Positions 49,038-59,270 of a stretch of DNA of 64,000 nucleotides are shown here, piece after piece. Numbering within the stretch: position 1 is the first letter of the stretch; each line of letters begins with the position of its first letter. Position numbers and translations under genes: made by a program. Below the pieces are notes generated by a model, which saw only the letters and a program-made list of their open reading frames with translations, had not been told where the DNA came from and did not search any database. The stretch lies in the NCBI GenBank assembly GCA_964588985.1, contig CAZPQW010000005.1, forward strand, positions 102,681 through 166,680, in the 5' to 3' direction. This DNA is from an uncultured Solirubrobacteraceae bacterium (GTDB lineage Bacteria; Actinomycetota; Thermoleophilia; Solirubrobacterales; Solirubrobacteraceae).

Positions 49038-49081
49038 AGGGGCGCCTCCTTTGTTTGTCGTGTGCAAGTCAGGGTGGGTCA

Positions 49082-50059
49082 CTACGCCCTCCGTGGGTTG
49101 AGCGCGTCGCGCAATCCGTCGCCGAGCAGGTTGAAGGCGAGCACCGTCAAGAGCAGCGCCGCGCCGGGGAAGATCATGTACCACCACGCCGTGTTGAAGG
49201 TCGGCGTCGCCGCCGCGATCATCTGGCCCCAACTCGCCGTCGGCGAGCGCACGCCGACGCCGAGAAACGAGAGCGACGCCTCGATCAGGATGTTCAGCGG
49301 GATCTGCAGTGTCGCGTAGACGATGATCGGTGCAACGAGGTTGGGGAGGATCTCGCGGAACATGATCCGCAGGTCCGACGCGCCGAGCGCGCGCGCCGCA
49401 TCGACGAACTCGCGCTCGCGCAGCGACAGCACGAGCCCGCGCACGATGCGCGCGAAGTACGTCCACGTCGCGAACGCGATCAGGAAGATGATCACGCCGA
49501 CGCCCGGCTGGAGGGCGCCGCCGACGCAGCCACGCACCGAGCAGGCGGCGCCGATGCCGAGACCGAACAGCAGGAGCGGGATCGACAGCGTCACGTCGAT
49601 GAGTAGGCGTGAGATGACCGTGTCGAGCCAGCCGCGGTAGTAGCCGGCGATCAGTCCGAGCGAGACACCGAGGATCATCGCGATCGTCGTCCCGACGACG
49701 CCCACCTCGAGCGACACCCTGGTTCCGTAGATCACGCGCGAGGCGATGTCCTGACCGAGCGGATCGACGCCAAACGGGTGCGCGCCGCTGGGGCCGGCCG
49801 GTTCGCCGAACGGGCCGGTCAGGCTCGGGTTCTGCGTGTACGGGCCGGGAAGGCCCAGCAGTTTGACCACGAGCGGCGCCGCGATCGCGACGATCACGAT
49901 GAACACGATGAACCCGCCGGAGACCATCGCGACCCTGTCTTTGCGCAGCCGGCGCCAGAACAGCTGCAGGGGCGAGCGCGCCGCGATGTCCCCACCGAGG
50001 TCGAGAAATTCGAGCCCGCCTCCTCCGGCGGGCAGGGCCTCAGCCCCGCCGATGCTCAT
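49082..50059 (-). CDS. Peptide ABC transporter permease (OppC/DppC-like)
   Basis: HPFGVDPLGQDI.SR..YG.R.SL, EFVDAARALGAS, ILPNL. Confidence 0.92.
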   Translation of the reverse strand: MSIGGAEALPAGGGGLEFLDLGGDIAARSPLQLFWRRLRKDRVAMVSGGFIVFIVIVAIAAPLVVKLLGLPGPYTQNPSLTGPFGEPAGPSGAHPFGVDPLGQDIASRVIYGTRVSLEVGVVGTTIAMILGVSLGLIAGYYRGWLDTVISRLLIDVTLSIPLLLFGLGIGAACSVRGCVGGALQPGVGVIIFLIAFATWTYFARIVRGLVLSLREREFVDAARALGASDLRIMFREILPNLVAPIIVYATLQIPLNILIEASLSFLGVGVRSPTASWGQMIAAATPTFNTAWWYMIFPGAALLLTVLAFNLLGDGLRDALNPRRA

Positions 50060-50202
50060 CTCGGCGAATCAGCCCGCTCGGGGCAAAGATGGGGGGACTT
50101 GGCAACTTCGTTCACGGGCACTATAGATTCGACAACCCCCGGGTACAACCTCCCCGGGTCGACGGGCGCTGGAGCCCGCCCGTATTGGGCGATACTCAAC
50201 GT

Positions 50203-51546
50203 GTGGATACCCTCTTTGGCGAGGATTCAGGCACCGATTCGATCATCCGAAAGCCGGGCGATGAGCGCGACGCCGAGGGCGCGCGACCGCTGGCGGTGCG
50301 CGTGCGCCCGGGCAGCCTCGAGGGGTTCGTAGGGCAGGCCCACCTGCTGGCCGGCGGATCGGCGCTGCGGACCGCGATCGAGCAGGGCCGCCCGCACTCG
50401 ATGGTGCTCTACGGGCCGCCCGGCTCGGGCAAGACGACGCTCGCGCGGATCGTCGCCGAGCATTCGGGAGCGGCGTTCGAGGAGCTCAGCGCGGTGCAGG
50501 CCGGCCGCGCGGAGGTGCGCGCGGTGATCGAGCGCGCCGCGCACCGCCGGGACACCTCCGGCGCGCAGACGGTGCTGTTCCTCGACGAGATCCACCGCTT
50601 CAACAAGGCCCAGCAGGACGCGCTGCTGCCCGCCGTCGAGGAGGGGCTGCTGACGCTGATCGGCGCCACCACGGAGAACCCCGCGTTCGAGGTCAACGGC
50701 GCGCTGCTCTCGCGCGTGCGCGTGTATGCGCTTCAGGCGCTCACCGCCGCCGACGTGGCGCTGATCCTGCGCCGCGCCGCGGAGGGCGCCTCCGTCGCCG
50801 TCGAGGAGGACGCGGTCGAGTTCCTCGCCGCGCGCAGCGAAGGCGACGCGCGCACCGCGCTCAACGCGCTCGAGCTCGCCGCAGCGACCGCCGCCGGCCA
50901 GCAGGAGCCGCGGGTGACGCTCGCGCGCGTGGAGGACGCGCTGCAGCGACGGGCGATCCTCTACGACAAAGGCGGCGACCGCCACTACGACTACATCTCC
51001 GCCTGGATCAAGGCCACCAGGGGCTCCGATCCAGACGCGTCGCTGTACTACCTCGCGGTGATGCTCGAGGGCGGCGAGGACCCGCGTTTCATCGTGCGGC
51101 GGATGGTGATCCTCGCCTCCGAGGACATCGGCAACGCGGACCCCGGAGCGCTGGAGGTGGCCGTCGCGGCGGCCGCCGCGGTCGAGCACGTCGGCCTGCC
51201 CGAGGCCCGCTACGCGCTCGCGCAGACGGCCATCTACCTAGCGCTCGCCCCCAAGTCCAACGCCGCCGGGGTCGCGCTGTCGGCCGCGCAGCGACACGTG
51301 CGCGAGCATGGCGCGGGAGCCGTGCCGAGCTGGCTGCGCTCTGGGGCACTGTCCGACCTGCGCTCCGTGGGGCAGGAGCGCGGCGACTACGACAACCCGC
51401 ACCGACGCCCCGGACACCTCTCCCCGCAGGAGCTGCTGCCGGATTCGGTCGCCGGCGCGCGCTTCTACGAGCCCGACGACGCCGAGGCGCCTCTCGCCGA
51501 GCGCCTGCGCGAGATCCGCCGGAGACGGGGCGTGGAGAGGCCATAA
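50203..51546 (+). CDS. rarA: Replication-associated recombination protein A
   Basis: [56 protein letters not shown] start inferred. Confidence 0.92.
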   Translation: MDTLFGEDSGTDSIIRKPGDERDAEGARPLAVRVRPGSLEGFVGQAHLLAGGSALRTAIEQGRPHSMVLYGPPGSGKTTLARIVAEHSGAAFEELSAVQAGRAEVRAVIERAAHRRDTSGAQTVLFLDEIHRFNKAQQDALLPAVEEGLLTLIGATTENPAFEVNGALLSRVRVYALQALTAADVALILRRAAEGASVAVEEDAVEFLAARSEGDARTALNALELAAATAAGQQEPRVTLARVEDALQRRAILYDKGGDRHYDYISAWIKATRGSDPDASLYYLAVMLEGGEDPRFIVRRMVILASEDIGNADPGALEVAVAAAAAVEHVGLPEARYALAQTAIYLALAPKSNAAGVALSAAQRHVREHGAGAVPSWLRSGALSDLRSVGQERGDYDNPHRRPGHLSPQELLPDSVAGARFYEPDDAEAPLAERLREIRRRRGVERP

Positions 51547-51556
51547 TCGGTCGCCC

Positions 51557-53161
51557 ATGAGCACCTCCGTCAACGAGCCGCAGGCGCGCGACGAGCTGAT
51601 CGCGCGAGACCCCGCCACGGGCGCGATCCTCGGCAGCGTCACCTCCACGGACCCCGCGCGCGTCGATGAGGTGGTCGCGGCGGTGGCGAAGGTGCAGCCG
51701 CTGTGGGCGCTGCTGCGCGTGCAGGATCGCGCGCGCTACATGCGCCGCATGGCGCAGTGCGTGATCGACGACTTCGACGAGCTGGGTGAGACGCTCGCGC
51801 GCGAAGGCGGCCGGCCGCGCGGAGAGATCGTCACACTCGAGCTGCTCGCCGCGATCGACGCGCTGATCTGGATCGCCGACGACGGCGCCGACGTGCTCGG
51901 CGGCCGGCGCGTGGGGATCAACCGCTCGATGGCGATCGCCAAGCGCGCGCGGATCGCGTACGAGCCCTACGGCGTGGTGGGGGTGATCGGCGCTGGCAGC
52001 GCCCCGTTCGCGCAGCCGCTCGGGCAGATCGCGGGGGCGCTGCTGGCCGGCAACGGCGTCGTCTTCAAGCCCGCCGCGCGCGCGTGCCTAGCGGGCGAGC
52101 GAATCGCGCGCGTGCTGGCTCGTGCCGGACTGCCGGAGGGGTTGGTGCGGATCGCGCACGGCGGAGCCGACGTGGGCGTGGCGCTCGCGCAGTCGCCCGT
52201 CCACAAGGTGCTGTTCACCGGCTCGCCCGCCGTCGGGCGCGTGGTCGCGCGCGCGTGCGTCTCGCGCGAGAAGGAGGTCACCGTCGAGCTCGGTGGCAAG
52301 GACGCGATGATCGTGCTCGCCGACGCGCAGCTGCCGCGCGCCGTCGCCGGAGCGCTGTGGGCGGGCTGCGCCGGAGCCGGCCAGGCGCGCGGCTCGGTCG
52401 AGCGCGTGTACGTGATGCGCGAGGTGTACGAGCGCTTCCTCGCCGAGCTCGTGCATGGCGCGCAGACCCTCACCGTCGGCGACCCCGCCAACCCGCGCGT
52501 GCAGGTCGGCCCGCTCGCCTCCGCGCGCCGGGTCGAGCACGTCGATGAGCTGGTGCGCGAGGCCATCGGGCAGGGCGCCGTGCTGCACTGCGGCGGACCG
52601 ACCGTCCCCGCCGGCTGCGAGGCGGGCGCGTTCTACGCTCCCGCCATCGTCACCGGCGCCACCAACGACATGCGCCTGATGCGCGAGCCGATCGACGGGC
52701 CGGTGCTCGCCGTCGTGCCCGTCGACACCATCGAGGAGGCGATCGCGCTCGCCAACGACAGCGACTACGGCCTCGGCGCGTCGGTGTGGACGGCCGACCG
52801 CTTCCGCGGCGTGCGGATCGCGCGCGAGTTGCACGCGGGGATGGTGTGGCTCAACGACCACCTGCCCGGGCCGACCGTGTCACGCGGACCGTGGGGCGCG
52901 GCCGCCGGCGGGGGGCTCGGGCGAACGCTCGGCCAGGCCGGGCTGCGGGCGTGCGCGCAGGAGAAGCTCATCACATGGGACCCGCCGGCGATGCGGGGCG
53001 TGTGGTGGGGACCGTATGACGGCGCGAGCGTCAGGGCCGCCCGCGCGATCGCGAAGATGCGCTCCGGACGCGACGCCGACCGCGAGCGCGCGTGGCGCGA
53101 AGGAGCCATCGCGCTCTCGCGAATGACCGCGCGCGCATTCGGGCGCGGGCTGCCGAAGTAA
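51557..53161 (+). CDS. Aldehyde dehydrogenase family protein lacking the catalytic Cys
   Basis: FTGS, ELGGKD, ANDSDYGL are present. GQARGSVER replaces GQxC and GAGSAP replaces PWNxP. Confidence 0.82.
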   Translation: MSTSVNEPQARDELIARDPATGAILGSVTSTDPARVDEVVAAVAKVQPLWALLRVQDRARYMRRMAQCVIDDFDELGETLAREGGRPRGEIVTLELLAAIDALIWIADDGADVLGGRRVGINRSMAIAKRARIAYEPYGVVGVIGAGSAPFAQPLGQIAGALLAGNGVVFKPAARACLAGERIARVLARAGLPEGLVRIAHGGADVGVALAQSPVHKVLFTGSPAVGRVVARACVSREKEVTVELGGKDAMIVLADAQLPRAVAGALWAGCAGAGQARGSVERVYVMREVYERFLAELVHGAQTLTVGDPANPRVQVGPLASARRVEHVDELVREAIGQGAVLHCGGPTVPAGCEAGAFYAPAIVTGATNDMRLMREPIDGPVLAVVPVDTIEEAIALANDSDYGLGASVWTADRFRGVRIARELHAGMVWLNDHLPGPTVSRGPWGAAAGGGLGRTLGQAGLRACAQEKLITWDPPAMRGVWWGPYDGASVRAARAIAKMRSGRDADRERAWREGAIALSRMTARAFGRGLPK

Positions 53162-53257
53162 CGCTACGCTTGACGCATGCCAGCCCAGGCCTATGCAGGC
53201 AAGGAGTGCGTCTGTCAGCTACGCAAGGGGATCTGCGACCAGAGCTGCGTGCAGGGG

Positions 53258-53920
53258 ATGCTCGATACCCCCTTCTACATCGCCTGCCTGAAGCTCACCG
53301 GCCGTCGTTGCGTGGTGATCGGCGGCGGGGAGATCGGGCTGGAGAAGGTCGAGGGGCTGCTCGCGTGCGACGGCAGGGTCACGCTGATCGCACCTCAGGC
53401 CGAGCCGGCGCTGGAGGAGTACGCGCGCGAGGGCTCGATCGAGTGGGAGCGGCGCCCGTACGCGGGCGCGAGCGACCTCGAGGGCGCGTTCATGGCGATC
53501 GCCGCCACGAACGACACCGACGTGAACATCGCCGTGTTCGACGACGCCGAGCGGCGGGCGATGCTCGTGAACATCGTCGACGTGCCGCCGCTGTGCAACT
53601 TCATCCTGCCCGCGATCGTGCGCAGCGGACCGCTCGCGATCGCGATCTCCACCGCCGGCGCCTCGCCGGCGCTCGCCAAGCGCATGAAGCGCGAGATCGA
53701 AGGCCAGTTCGGCGAGCCCTACGCGCGTCTCGCGGTGCTGCTCAACGAGGTTCGCGGCTGGGCCAAGGGCACGCTGCCCACCTACCAGGACCGCAAGGAG
53801 TTCTTCGAGGGGATCGTCAACGGCCAGCCCGATCCGGTGGCGCTGCTGCGCGAGGGCGACGATCAGGGCGTGCGCGATCTGATCGCGCGGGCGCAGAGCG
53901 CGCACGCGTTGCAGGTGTAG
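53258..53920 (+). CDS. Precorrin-2 dehydrogenase/sirohydrochlorin ferrochelatase
   Basis: [36 protein letters not shown]. Confidence 0.9.
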   Translation: MLDTPFYIACLKLTGRRCVVIGGGEIGLEKVEGLLACDGRVTLIAPQAEPALEEYAREGSIEWERRPYAGASDLEGAFMAIAATNDTDVNIAVFDDAERRAMLVNIVDVPPLCNFILPAIVRSGPLAIAISTAGASPALAKRMKREIEGQFGEPYARLAVLLNEVRGWAKGTLPTYQDRKEFFEGIVNGQPDPVALLREGDDQGVRDLIARAQSAHALQV

Positions 53921-53933
53921 AGAGCACTCGAGA

Positions 53934-54607
<674 letters not shown>

Positions 54608-54611
<4 letters not shown>

Positions 54612-55300
54612 AGCCCACGGTCACGATGCGCGGCACGGTGGGAGCGCTGCTGCGCAAGGAGCTGCTCGTGGAGCTGCGCACGCTCGAGTCGATCCCCGGC
54701 ATGTCGCTGTTCGCGGTGAGCACGTTCGTGGTCTTCCACTTCGCGCTCAACCGCAACTCGATCGAAGGCGACACCGCCGCGGGGATCCTGTGGGTGACGC
54801 TGCTGTTCGCCGCGATCCTCGGCATCAACCGGCTGTTCGTCGCCGACGCCGAGCAGGGCGGCTTCGACGGCTTCCTGCTCGCACCCGTCGACCGCAGCGC
54901 GATGCTGATCGCCAAGGCGCTCACGCTGCTCGTCTACCTCGTGGTGCTCGAGCTCGTGGCCGTGCCCGCGTTCGCGCTGCTGCTGCTCGCCGCCCCGCTC
55001 GGCCCGGCGCTCCCACACCTGCTCGTGACGCTGCTGCTGGGCGACATCGGGGTGGCGGTGATCGGCACGCTCGTCGCCGCGCTGGCGGTGCAGACCCGCG
55101 CGCGCGACCTGCTCGGCCCGCTGCTCGCGCTGCCGCTGCTCGTGCCGATCGTGATCGGCGGAGCGCGGGCGAGCGCTCCGGCGCTCAACGTCGTGCACGC
55201 CTCCGGCCCGCCGGCGCGCTGGCTGTTGACGTTGGGCCTCTATGATCTGGTCTTCGGGCTGATCGCCTACGCCCTCTTCGATTTCCTCCTGGAGGATTGA
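54608..55300 (+). CDS. ccmB: Heme exporter permease CcmB
   Basis: KELLVELR, GILWVTLLFA, LLALPLLVP. Confidence 0.87.
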
Positions 55301-55309
55301 GTTAAACCC

Positions 55310-56083
55310 ATGTATGGCAAGGGCCTGCGTGCGCTGAGCATCTCCACCGTCGTCGCGATGGCGCTCGCGCTCGCGCTCGTGTTCTTCTACGCGCCGCTGG
55401 AAGCCGAACAGGGCTTCCTGCAGAAGATCTTCTACCTGCACGTGCCGCTCGCGATCGTCGCGCTGTGCGGCTTCGTGCTCGGCGGCCTGCTCGCGATCCA
55501 GCACCTGCGCACGCGCGAGGCGCGCTGGGATATGCGCTCCTACGTGGTCATCCACATGAGCCTGATCTTCGGCGTCGCGACGCTCATCACCGGCTCGATC
55601 TGGGCGAAGGGCTCGTGGGGGCACTGGTGGGTGTGGAGCGAGCCGACGCTCGTGTCGTTCCTGATCGTGTTCCTGCTGTACGCCACGTATCAGCCGCTGC
55701 GCTTCGCGATCGAGGACCCTGAGCGCCAGTCGCGCTACGCGTCCGTGTTCGCGGTCACCGCGGGCGCGTTCGTGCCGATGAACTTCATCGCCGTGCGCCT
55801 ATCCACGGCTTATTTGCACCCACGGGTGCTCGGCAGCAGCTCCAACCTCCCCGGGCCGATGAAACTCACGTTCATGGTCTCGCTGCTGGCGATCGCGCTG
55901 CTGTTCGCGACGCTGTGCAAATACGAGCTGACCGCCAAGCACACCCGCCAGCAGGTGCGTCAGCTGCGCCGGCGTCTGGCGGGCGATGGCGACGCGGCGC
56001 CCAGGCGCGGGCGCAGCGCCGTCCCGAGCCTGCAGGGCGTGACCGCGATGAGCGCACCCTCGAGCGGACGGACGGGCCTGTGA
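55310..56083 (+). CDS. ccmC: Cytochrome c biogenesis protein CcmC
   Basis: IFYLHVP, TGSIWAKGSWGHWWVW (Trp-rich motif), LHP. Confidence 0.88.
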   Translation: MYGKGLRALSISTVVAMALALALVFFYAPLEAEQGFLQKIFYLHVPLAIVALCGFVLGGLLAIQHLRTREARWDMRSYVVIHMSLIFGVATLITGSIWAKGSWGHWWVWSEPTLVSFLIVFLLYATYQPLRFAIEDPERQSRYASVFAVTAGAFVPMNFIAVRLSTAYLHPRVLGSSSNLPGPMKLTFMVSLLAIALLFATLCKYELTAKHTRQQVRQLRRRLAGDGDAAPRRGRSAVPSLQGVTAMSAPSSGRTGL

Positions 56084-56322
56084 TGGTCGCGCTCGTCCTC
56101 GGCGACACGCCCGCGCTACCGCTGCACACCGCGGGCAAGTACGTCGCCGCCGCCTACATCGTCGTGTTCGCGATCGTCCTCATCTACGTCGCCGTGATGG
56201 CGATCCGCCTGAGCCACATCGAGCGCGACCTCGGCGAGCTGCTCGAACTGTCGGAGCGCGACGAGCCGGCGCCCGACGCGGCTGCGATCGCGGCGCCCGA
56301 GCCGGAGTCCGTGCTGCCATGA
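56083..56322 (+). CDS. CcmD-like small membrane protein
   Basis: Single TM (YVAAAYIVVFAIVLIYV) followed by a charged tail, directly after ccmC. Confidence 0.65.
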   Translation: MVALVLGDTPALPLHTAGKYVAAAYIVVFAIVLIYVAVMAIRLSHIERDLGELLELSERDEPAPDAAAIAAPEPESVLP

Positions 56323-57677
56323 GCGAGCTACTGGCACTCGGCATCTCGCACAAGACAGCCCCCGTCGCCTTACGAGAGCGACTGGCGTTCACCGAGGCCG
56401 AGGCGGCGGAGTTCGCGTCCCAGGCCACCGCCACGCCGGAGGTGCGCGAGGCGGTGGTGATCTCGACGTGCAACCGCACGGAGATCTATCTCGTGGTGGG
56501 CGGGGCGGGCGGGCATCTAGTCCAGGCGGAGTCCGACGTGCTCGGGCTGCTCGCGAGCCGCGCCCACATCCGCCCGACGGAGCTCGCGGACGCGATCTAC
56601 TCGCCGCGCAACTGCGACGTCGCGCGCCACCTCTACAGGGTGACCGCCGGCCTCGACTCGATGATCGTCGGCGAGGCCGAGATCCAGGGACAGGTCAAGC
56701 GCTCCCACGAAGCGGCGATGCGCGCGGGCTGCACCGGGCCGCTGTCGAACCGCCTGTTCGCCGCCGCGCTCACGACGGGCAAGCGGGTGCGCTCCGAGAC
56801 GGAGATCGGCTCGAGCCGCGTGAGCGTCCCCTCGGTGGCCGTGGACCTCGCGCTGAGCGTGCTCGGGGGACTGGAGCAGCGCCACGTGGTGATCCTCGGC
56901 GCCGGCGAAACGAGCGAGCTGACCGCCCGCGCGCTCGCCGAGCAGGGGGCGGGCACGATGTTCGTCGCCAACCGCCACGCCGACCGCGCGCTCAGTCTCG
57001 CGCAGCGCTTCGGCGGCTCTGTGGTGGGCTTGGACAAACTCCCCGACCAGCTGCTGCTCGCCGACATCGTGCTGTCCTCCACCTCCTCGCCGCACCCGAT
57101 CGTCGGGCGCGAGGAGCTCGAGGTGGTGATGTCCGAGCGCGAGGGACGGCCGCTGCTCTTGATCGACATCGCGGTGCCGCGCGACATCGACCCCGGGTGC
57201 TCGGAGCTGGAGGGCGTGAGCCTGTATGACATCGACGACCTGCAGGCGGTCGTCGCGCGCAACCTCAACTCGCGCGTCGAGGAGACGCCGCGGGCGGAGG
57301 AGATCGTCGAGGAGGAGATCCACCGCTTCGCGCGCTGGCTCGGACAGCTCGACACGCTGCCCACGGTGAGCGCTCTGCGCGAGCACGGCAACACGATCGT
57401 GGAGCAGGTGCTGGCGGAGAACGCCGGGCGCTGGGAGTCGGCGTCGGCGCGCGACATCGCACGCGTCGAGGCGGTCGCAAGGGCGGTGATGAGCCGGCTG
57501 CTGCACGAGCCGACGATCCGGCTGCGCAGCCTCGGCGGAGACCGCGGCCACGCGAGCCTCGAGCTCGTGCGCGAGCTGTTCGGCCTGCAGGAGGACGTGC
57601 CCGGAGCGGAGGCGCCCGGAGCGGAGCTGGCGGAGGTCCACGACCTGCCAGTGGTGCGCCGCCGCCGCGAGCGTTGA
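56319..57677 (+). CDS. hemA: Glutamyl-tRNA reductase
   Basis: SHKTAPVALRE, STCNRTE, GLDSMIVGEAEIQGQ, GAGE, DIAVPRD. Confidence 0.95.
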   Translation: MSELLALGISHKTAPVALRERLAFTEAEAAEFASQATATPEVREAVVISTCNRTEIYLVVGGAGGHLVQAESDVLGLLASRAHIRPTELADAIYSPRNCDVARHLYRVTAGLDSMIVGEAEIQGQVKRSHEAAMRAGCTGPLSNRLFAAALTTGKRVRSETEIGSSRVSVPSVAVDLALSVLGGLEQRHVVILGAGETSELTARALAEQGAGTMFVANRHADRALSLAQRFGGSVVGLDKLPDQLLLADIVLSSTSSPHPIVGREELEVVMSEREGRPLLLIDIAVPRDIDPGCSELEGVSLYDIDDLQAVVARNLNSRVEETPRAEEIVEEEIHRFARWLGQLDTLPTVSALREHGNTIVEQVLAENAGRWESASARDIARVEAVARAVMSRLLHEPTIRLRSLGGDRGHASLELVRELFGLQEDVPGAEAPGAELAEVHDLPVVRRRRER

Positions 57678-58600
57678 TGCGGATCGGGACCCGGCGCAGC
57701 GCGCTGGCGCTCGCGCAGGCCAAGCTCGTAGCGGAGGAATTGGAAGCCCAAGGGCAGGGCGAGTGCGAGCTCGTCCCTATCGCCACCAGCGGCGACTCCG
57801 ATGCCAGCGTCCCCGCGCCCGACACGGACAAGTCGCGGTGGGTGGTGGAGCTGGAGGACGCACTGTCAGCCGGCAAGATCGACCTCGCTGTGCACTCGGC
57901 CAAGGATCTGCCCGGCGAGCTCGCGGAGGGGCTCGCGCTGCTCGGCTCCCCCGCGCGTGCGTCCGCGGAAGACGTGCTGTGCGGCGTGGCCGCATTGGAG
58001 CAGCTCGCGCAGGGCGCCCGGGTCGGCACGAGCAGCATCCGCCGCGTCGCGCAGCTTCGCGCCGCGCGCGAGGATCTCGACGTGGTCTCGATCCGCGGCA
58101 ACGTCGACACGCGCCTGGGCAAGCTCGCAAACGCGGAGGAAGGACTGGACGCGATCGTGCTCGCACGCGCGGGCCTGCAGCGCCTCGGCCGGGAAACGGA
58201 GATCGGCGGGGTGCTCGACGCCGAGCGCTTCGTGCCCGCGCCCGGCCAGGGGACCCTCGCGTTGGAGGGGCGGGCCGACGACGAGCGCGTCGCGGAAGCG
58301 GTGCTCGCGATCACCGACGAGCATGCGCTCGCGTGCCTGCTGGCCGAGCGCGCGCTCGCGCGAGAGCTCGACGCCAGCTGCCACACACCGCTCGGGGCGC
58401 ACGCCGTGCCCGGCGACGACGGCCGTCTGAAGCTGCGGGCCTGGGTGGGACTGCCGGACGGCTCGGCCTGGGTGGTCGACGAGCTGACCGGAGACGAAGA
58501 CGATCCAGAGGCGCTCGGGCAGAGCGTCGCCGAGCGCATGGAGCTAGCTGGCGCGAGTCAGATGCTCGAACATGCGGAGGAGATGGCAGCCCGGCCGTAA
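57677..58600 (+). CDS. hemC: Hydroxymethylbilane synthase
   Basis: IGTRRSALALAQ, AVHSAKDLP, GTSSIRR, RGNVDTRL, PAPGQG, ASCHTP. Confidence 0.95.
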   Translation: MRIGTRRSALALAQAKLVAEELEAQGQGECELVPIATSGDSDASVPAPDTDKSRWVVELEDALSAGKIDLAVHSAKDLPGELAEGLALLGSPARASAEDVLCGVAALEQLAQGARVGTSSIRRVAQLRAAREDLDVVSIRGNVDTRLGKLANAEEGLDAIVLARAGLQRLGRETEIGGVLDAERFVPAPGQGTLALEGRADDERVAEAVLAITDEHALACLLAERALARELDASCHTPLGAHAVPGDDGRLKLRAWVGLPDGSAWVVDELTGDEDDPEALGQSVAERMELAGASQMLEHAEEMAARP

Positions 58601-58631
58601 GTCCAGGGCGACGATTTCTGTGTGCTAGCCT

Positions 58632-58877
58632 GTGGCCATGCGACTGCACATAAGCCTTGATGACTCGCTCGTGGAACAGCTCGATCAGCGCGTCGGAAAG
58701 CGGCAGCGCAGCACGTTCATCAGCGAGACACTCCGGCGCGCGCTCGAGGACGAGCGGCGCTGGGAGGACATAGAAGCTGGTCTTGGAACTCTCGCGGACA
58801 GCGAGCATGAGTGGGATCGCGATCCTGCTGGCTGGGTGACGGCGCAGCGCAACAGCGACCCAGCCCGCGTCGGCTAG
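58632..58877 (+). CDS. Ribbon-helix-helix antitoxin (VapB-like)
   Basis: MRLHISLDDSLVEQLD...RSTFISETLR, upstream of the PIN gene. Confidence 0.8.
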   Translation: MAMRLHISLDDSLVEQLDQRVGKRQRSTFISETLRRALEDERRWEDIEAGLGTLADSEHEWDRDPAGWVTAQRNSDPARVG

Positions 58878-58880
58878 TAG

Positions 58881-59270
58881 TTGCCTCTGCTGCTCGACAC
58901 GACCGTCCTGATCGATGCACTTCGGGGTCGGCCGGCCGCGGAGCGCCTGCGAGGGCTAAGAAGCGGGGCGAACGTGCCGTGGATATGCGCCGTCAACGTC
59001 GAGGAGGTGCTGCGCGGTGCGCACAGCGACAAGGAAGCGCTGGTGATGCGCCTGTTGAGCGGATTTCACATGGCGCCGCTTGGTCGGAAGGAGGGCGAGC
59101 GCGCCGGACGCTGGCGTCGCGACTACGCCCGTAAAGGGATCACGCTTAGCCAGGGCGACTGCCTGATCGCGGCAGCCGCCGTGAGCATCGGCGCGCCCCT
59201 CGCAACAGGCAACCCCAAGCACTTCCCCATGCCAGAGCTCGAAGTCGAGCATTGGCCGGTCGGGGAATGA
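58881..59270 (+). CDS. PIN domain toxin (VapC-like)
   Basis: LLDTTVLID, DCLIAAAA, LATGNPKHF. Confidence 0.88.
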   Translation: MPLLLDTTVLIDALRGRPAAERLRGLRSGANVPWICAVNVEEVLRGAHSDKEALVMRLLSGFHMAPLGRKEGERAGRWRRDYARKGITLSQGDCLIAAAAVSIGAPLATGNPKHFPMPELEVEHWPVGE

